Shown here piece after piece: positions 37,741-41,630 of a stretch of 41,630 nucleotides of DNA. Position 1 is the stretch's first letter; the number at the start of each line of letters is the position of its first letter. The notes under the pieces are model-generated. The model saw only the letters and a list, made by a program, of their open reading frames with translations, was not told the DNA's origin and did not search any database. The translations under genes were made by a program, and so were the position numbers. Source of the DNA: an uncultured Methanosarcinales archaeon (GTDB lineage: Archaea; Halobacteriota; Methanosarcinia; Methanotrichales; Methanotrichaceae); assembly GCA_963843555.1 (NCBI GenBank), contig CAWJKV010000013.1, forward strand, positions 1 to 41,630. The letters run 5' to 3'.

Positions 37741-38732
37741 GGAAGATGACATATGCAAAAGCCGGTGTGGATATCGACCTGGAGAACAGATCCATTGACG
37801 CCATGAAGAGCGTTCTGACCACGAGACGAAAGGGGTTCGGAGCGGCAATGACAAAGATCGGTCACTACGCCGGACTTCTGGACATGGGGAGCTTTGCCCT
37901 GGCCATGACCACGGATGGTGTGGGATCCAAGGTTCTCATCGCCAACGCCATGCAAAAATGGAATACGGTAGGCATTGACTGCATAGCTATGAATGTGAAC
38001 GATCTGTATGCCATTGGAGCCGAGCCCATCGCCTTCGTGGATTATCTGGCTGTGGAAAAGGTGGACCCGGAACGCGCCAGGCAGATCGCCATCGGACTTG
38101 CCCGCGGGGCAGAGATCTCCAATATGACCATCGTGGGAGGAGAGACGGCATCCTTGCCCGAGATCATTCGGGGCTTCGACCTGGCGGGAACGGCCATCGG
38201 AGTGGTGGACAAGGATAAAGTTGTGACAGGCGAAAAGATCCAGAATGGGGATACGCTGGTGGGCGTCCCCAGCAGCGGTCTGCACAGCAACGGCTACACC
38301 CTGGCCCGCGCCATCGTCGCTGAGTCCAAGTATACCTACTTCGACCAGATGCCGGGTGGGAATAGCACCATCGGAGAAGAGCTGCTCACACCTACCAGGA
38401 TCTACCCCGAGATCGTGGAGCTGGTCGGGCAATGCGATGTGCACGGCCTGGCGCATATAACCGGCTCAGGACTTCTCAAGCTGCACAGGATCACCGATCT
38501 GGGTTTTGAGATCACCGATCCTCTGGAGCCTCAGCCCATCTTCCGGTTCCTGCAGGAGCAGGGCAACGTCGACGACAGTGAGATGTACAGAACCTTCAAT
38601 ATGGGCATGGGCTTTGTTGTGGTAGTCGCAGAGAACGAAGCCAAGGACGCCTGCCGCATCATGGGCCCGGGGTCGAAGGTCATCGGGTCGGTTGTAAAAG
38701 AGGGTTTGAAGGCAGGCCACCTGGCCTTCTAG
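37737..38732 (+). CDS. purM: Phosphoribosylformylglycinamidine cyclo-ligase
   Basis: TYAKAGVD, TDGVGSK, GGETA, SSGLHSNGY and TFNMGMG motifs. ATGA overlap with lysC. Confidence 0.96.
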   Translation: MRKMTYAKAGVDIDLENRSIDAMKSVLTTRRKGFGAAMTKIGHYAGLLDMGSFALAMTTDGVGSKVLIANAMQKWNTVGIDCIAMNVNDLYAIGAEPIAFVDYLAVEKVDPERARQIAIGLARGAEISNMTIVGGETASLPEIIRGFDLAGTAIGVVDKDKVVTGEKIQNGDTLVGVPSSGLHSNGYTLARAIVAESKYTYFDQMPGGNSTIGEELLTPTRIYPEIVELVGQCDVHGLAHITGSGLLKLHRITDLGFEITDPLEPQPIFRFLQEQGNVDDSEMYRTFNMGMGFVVVVAENEAKDACRIMGPGSKVIGSVVKEGLKAGHLAF

Positions 38733-38739
38733 GCCCGGC

Positions 38740-39504
38740 TTACAGCTTTTTTTCGCCGAACATCTCTTCCAGTTTGGACTTTATCGCTCTGATGGACTCC
38801 ACTGCCGGGCAGTCTGCATCGATGGGCGTCTTTCCTTCCAGATCGGCCTGAACCAGGCATTTGTCGAAGGGGATGGTGCCCAGGACCGGTATGCTCATCT
38901 GCGCCAGCTTCTCGGCCACCGGGCCCGGATCGTCGGCCTTGTTTATGACGGCAAAATAGCGGGTTATGCCGATCTCTTTGCCGAGATGCATTATCCTCTC
39001 CACGGTCTCAATGGATCTCATGCCCGGCTCCACCACGGCGATCATGGCATCCACACCCCTGGCTGTGGCCCTGCCCAGATGTTCTATGCCCGCCTCCATA
39101 TCCAGGATCACCAGATCCTTTTCCCGAACGATGACGTGCCTGATGAGGGCTTTGACGAAGGCATTGGCGGGACACATGCATCCCGAGCCGCCGGAATCGA
39201 TGGTGCCCATGACCACCAGCTTGACGTTATCAGGACCTGTGCAGCCGCACATATTCACAACATCGTCGACCTTGGGATTCATCTTGAACATGCCACCGGG
39301 CATGCCTGCCCTCTCCTCCACCAGATCTTTATGCTCGGTGACGGGCCGCGGGAGCTGCTTTATTCCGAGGGCTGAGCCCAGATTCATGCTCGGATCGGCG
39401 TCGATAGCCAGGACGTTATAGCCGTCGCGCGCAAATAGCCTGGCCAGGGTGCCGGCCAGTGTGGTCTTGCCCACGCCTCCTTTTCCTGAGATGGCAATTT
39501 TCAT
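38740..39504 (-). CDS. cooC: CooC/AcsF-family nickel-insertion ATPase
   Basis: MKIAISGKGGVGKTT, DADP, the CxC motif in GGSGCMCP, and DMEAGIEHLGRAT. Confidence 0.9.
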   Translation of the reverse strand: MKIAISGKGGVGKTTLAGTLARLFARDGYNVLAIDADPSMNLGSALGIKQLPRPVTEHKDLVEERAGMPGGMFKMNPKVDDVVNMCGCTGPDNVKLVVMGTIDSGGSGCMCPANAFVKALIRHVIVREKDLVILDMEAGIEHLGRATARGVDAMIAVVEPGMRSIETVERIMHLGKEIGITRYFAVINKADDPGPVAEKLAQMSIPVLGTIPFDKCLVQADLEGKTPIDADCPAVESIRAIKSKLEEMFGEKKL

Positions 39505-39551
39505 ACTTACTAACCTCTTAAGAGTGAACATGCCATATTTTGACATGTGTG

Positions 39552-39611
39552 TTTATATCGATTCTGCATGATATAGTATTGCGCAGTATTGTGCTGTACC
39601 GCATAGTACTG
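39552..39611 (+). promoter_or_regulatory. nrdJ promoter: TATA box followed by four phased decamers
   Basis: TTTATAT at 39552-39558, then ATATAGTATT, GCGCAGTATT, GTGCTGTACC and GCATAGTACT at 39571-39610. Confidence 0.5.
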
Positions 39612-39628
39612 GCAATGGGGCGTCGGGG

Positions 39629-41630
39629 ATGATCAGGAGAATAAAAAAGCGCGATGGAAGGATTGTCAACTTTGAGCCGGAGAAGATAGCAAAGGCCATT
39701 GGCAAGGCTTTCCAGGCGGTCGGCAGGGATGAAGCGCCTTCCGAGGCTGGCGGAGAGGGTGGCAAAGGAGTTGGAAGAGCAGTTTTCAGAGGCAATTCCC
39801 GGCGTGGAAGATATCCAGGATATTGTAGAGCGGGTGCTCATCGAGGAAGGATACTCCCAGGAGGCCAAAGCCTACATCCTCTACCGCCAGAAGCGAGCCG
39901 AGGTCAGGGAAGCAAAAAGCTATTTGGGCGTGGCTGACGACCTTAAGCTTTCCGTCAATGCCGTGGAAGTCCTGAAGAAGAGATACCTGCGCCGCGATGA
40001 GGGCGGCCTGGTAGTGGAGACGCCGGGAGAGATGTTCGGACGCGTGGCTGCACATGTTTCGCGGGCCGAGACCATGGTTGGCGGCGATGCCGAGTACTAT
40101 CGATCCCGTTTCTTGAAGATGATGCGGGACCTGGACTTTCTCCCCAACTCCCCCACGCTCATGAATGCAGGCCTGCCGCTCGGGCAGCTGTCGGCCTGCT
40201 TTGTTCTTCCTGTGGAGGACTCGCTTGCCCGGCATATTTGACGCCCTGAAGAACATGGCCCTCATTCATCAGAGCGGAGGTGGCACAGGCTTCTCCTTCT
40301 CCCGGCTGCGGCCCAAAGACGACGTCGTGCAGGCCACAGGAGGAGTGGCCAGCGGTCCTGTCTCCTTTATGCGCATCTTCGACATGGCCACCGAGGTGAT
40401 CAAGCAGGGCGGCCGGCGCCGGGGCGCGAACATGGGCGTCCTCCGAATCGATCATCCCGATATTCTGGAGTTCATCGAAGCCAAGGCGAAGCCAGGATTC
40501 CTGGAGAACTTCAACATCTCTGTAGCCGCAACGGACGAGTTCATGCGAAAGGCCCGCGCAGGGCGGAGAGATGGATCTTGTTAATCCGCGCAATGGGCAG
40601 GTCACGGGCAAGCTCCCGGCTTCTGAGCTGATGAACCTCATCGCCAACTCCGCCTGGCGGGGAGGCGATCCCGGTGTGATATTCATCGATCGCATCAATG
40701 CCATGCACCCCATTCCCGGGCGGATCGAGGCCACCAATCCCTGCGGAGAGCAGCCTCTGCTGCCCTACGAGTCCTGCAATCTGGGTTCCATCAACCTCTC
40801 GCGACTGGTGGAGAAAGGAGAACTCGAACTGGGACCGGCTGGGTGAATTGGTCTCTTTGGGCGTGCGATTTTTGGACGATGTCATCGATATGAATCGCTT
40901 TCCTATGCAAGCAGATCGAAGAAGAGACAATGCAGAGGCGCAAGATCGGCCTGGGAGTGATGGGCTTTGCTGATATGCTCATCCAGATGAATATCTCCTA
41001 TGCATCCCGCGAGGCCGTAACCACGGCGGAAGATGTGATGAAGTTCATCACCGAGCGTGCCCGCGCTGAGTCGGCTCTATTGGGCGAAGCCCGCGGCTCA
41101 TTCCCGCTCTTTGAGGAGAGCAAGCTGAAGAAGTGGAGCAATATGCGAAACTCCACCACCACCACTATAGCTCCCACGGGCACCATCAGCATCATCGCCG
41201 GGACCAGCAGCGGCATCGAACCCTTATTCGCCCTGGCGTTCGTTCGCAATGTCCTGGAAGGGGCGCACCTCCTGGAGGTCTCGCCCCTCTTTGAGCAGGC
41301 GGCTGCAGCCCGCGGCATCTACACACCGGATCTGAAGGCGGAACTGGCCCGGAAGGGCAGCGTGCAGGATATCGCAGGCGTGCCGCAGGATCTGAAGGAC
41401 TTAGTTCGTCACAGCTCTGGACATCCCTCCCGAGCAGCATGTGCGCATTCAAGCCGCCTTCCAGAAATACACGGACAATGCCGTCTCCAAGACTGTGAAC
41501 CTGCCAGCTGATGCGACAGTAAGCGACGTTCTGAAGGTGTACAATCTGGCTTACGATCAGGGCTGCAAAGGCGTGACGGTCTTCAGGTACGGTAGCCGCA
41601 GCCAGGTGCTCTACCTGGGAAATGGGGAGA
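39629..41630 (+). CDS. nrdJ: Adenosylcobalamin-dependent (class II) ribonucleotide reductase with N-terminal ATP cone, 3' end outside window; six +1 indels
   Basis: [11 protein letters not shown] (ATP cone), [10 protein letters not shown]...[27 protein letters not shown]...[22 protein letters not shown] and [12 protein letters not shown]. Frame shifts at about 39735, 40228, 40561, 40828, 40908 and 41404. Confidence 0.95.

Noticed and set aside
39629..41630. nrdJ as a pseudogene or intein-containing gene
   Set aside because: All catalytic motifs are intact with no nonsense decay, only uniform +1 shifts near the window end. No intein or endonuclease insert is seen.
1..41630. CRISPR array, rRNA, Sec/Pyl recoding
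   Set aside because: No regularly spaced repeats, rRNA sequence, or in-frame TGA/TAG within otherwise intact genes were seen.

Overview
Archaeal chromosomal DNA from a methanogen, most consistent with Methanothrix/Methanotrichaceae. This is inferred from gene content: cfb cluster, stand-alone mcrC, archaeal EF-2/EF-1a, AglB and many small secreted proteins. Left to right: coenzyme F430 genes cfbD(partial)-cfbE-cfbA; a box C/D sRNA; a radical SAM gene; a DUF2207 membrane protein; an accessory/decay zone (about 5.3-11.4 kb: LemA-like remnant, hemerythrin, sequon-rich secreted protein, ABC-permease pseudogene, small ORFs, chagasin) ending at tRNA-Ser(GCT); CBS protein; pheST; creatininase-family gene and aglB; tRNA-Ile; queD; dph5; mcrC; apgM; SPFH protein; AlkD-like protein; hybrid His kinase; HAD phosphatase; AbrB-type protein; tRNA-Arg(CCG); fusA-tuf-rps10; aspartate kinase-purM; cooC; and class II ribonucleotide reductase (runs off the right edge). 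Many single-base frameshifts, mostly +1, hit essential genes and are best read as uncorrected sequencing indels. The most interesting signals are non-coding: a canonical box C/D guide predicted to methylate the wobble C of tRNA-Leu(CAA); a roughly 180-nt pheST leader with a Phe-codon-rich uORF overlapping a U-tract, alternative hairpins and a UGAAG loop (possible archaeal attenuator); four helically phased decamers upstream of nrdJ; a dispersed CRCAGAG repeat; and a candidate structured RNA at about 9.6-9.85 kb. All family assignments come from motif recognition by eye. No database searches were run.
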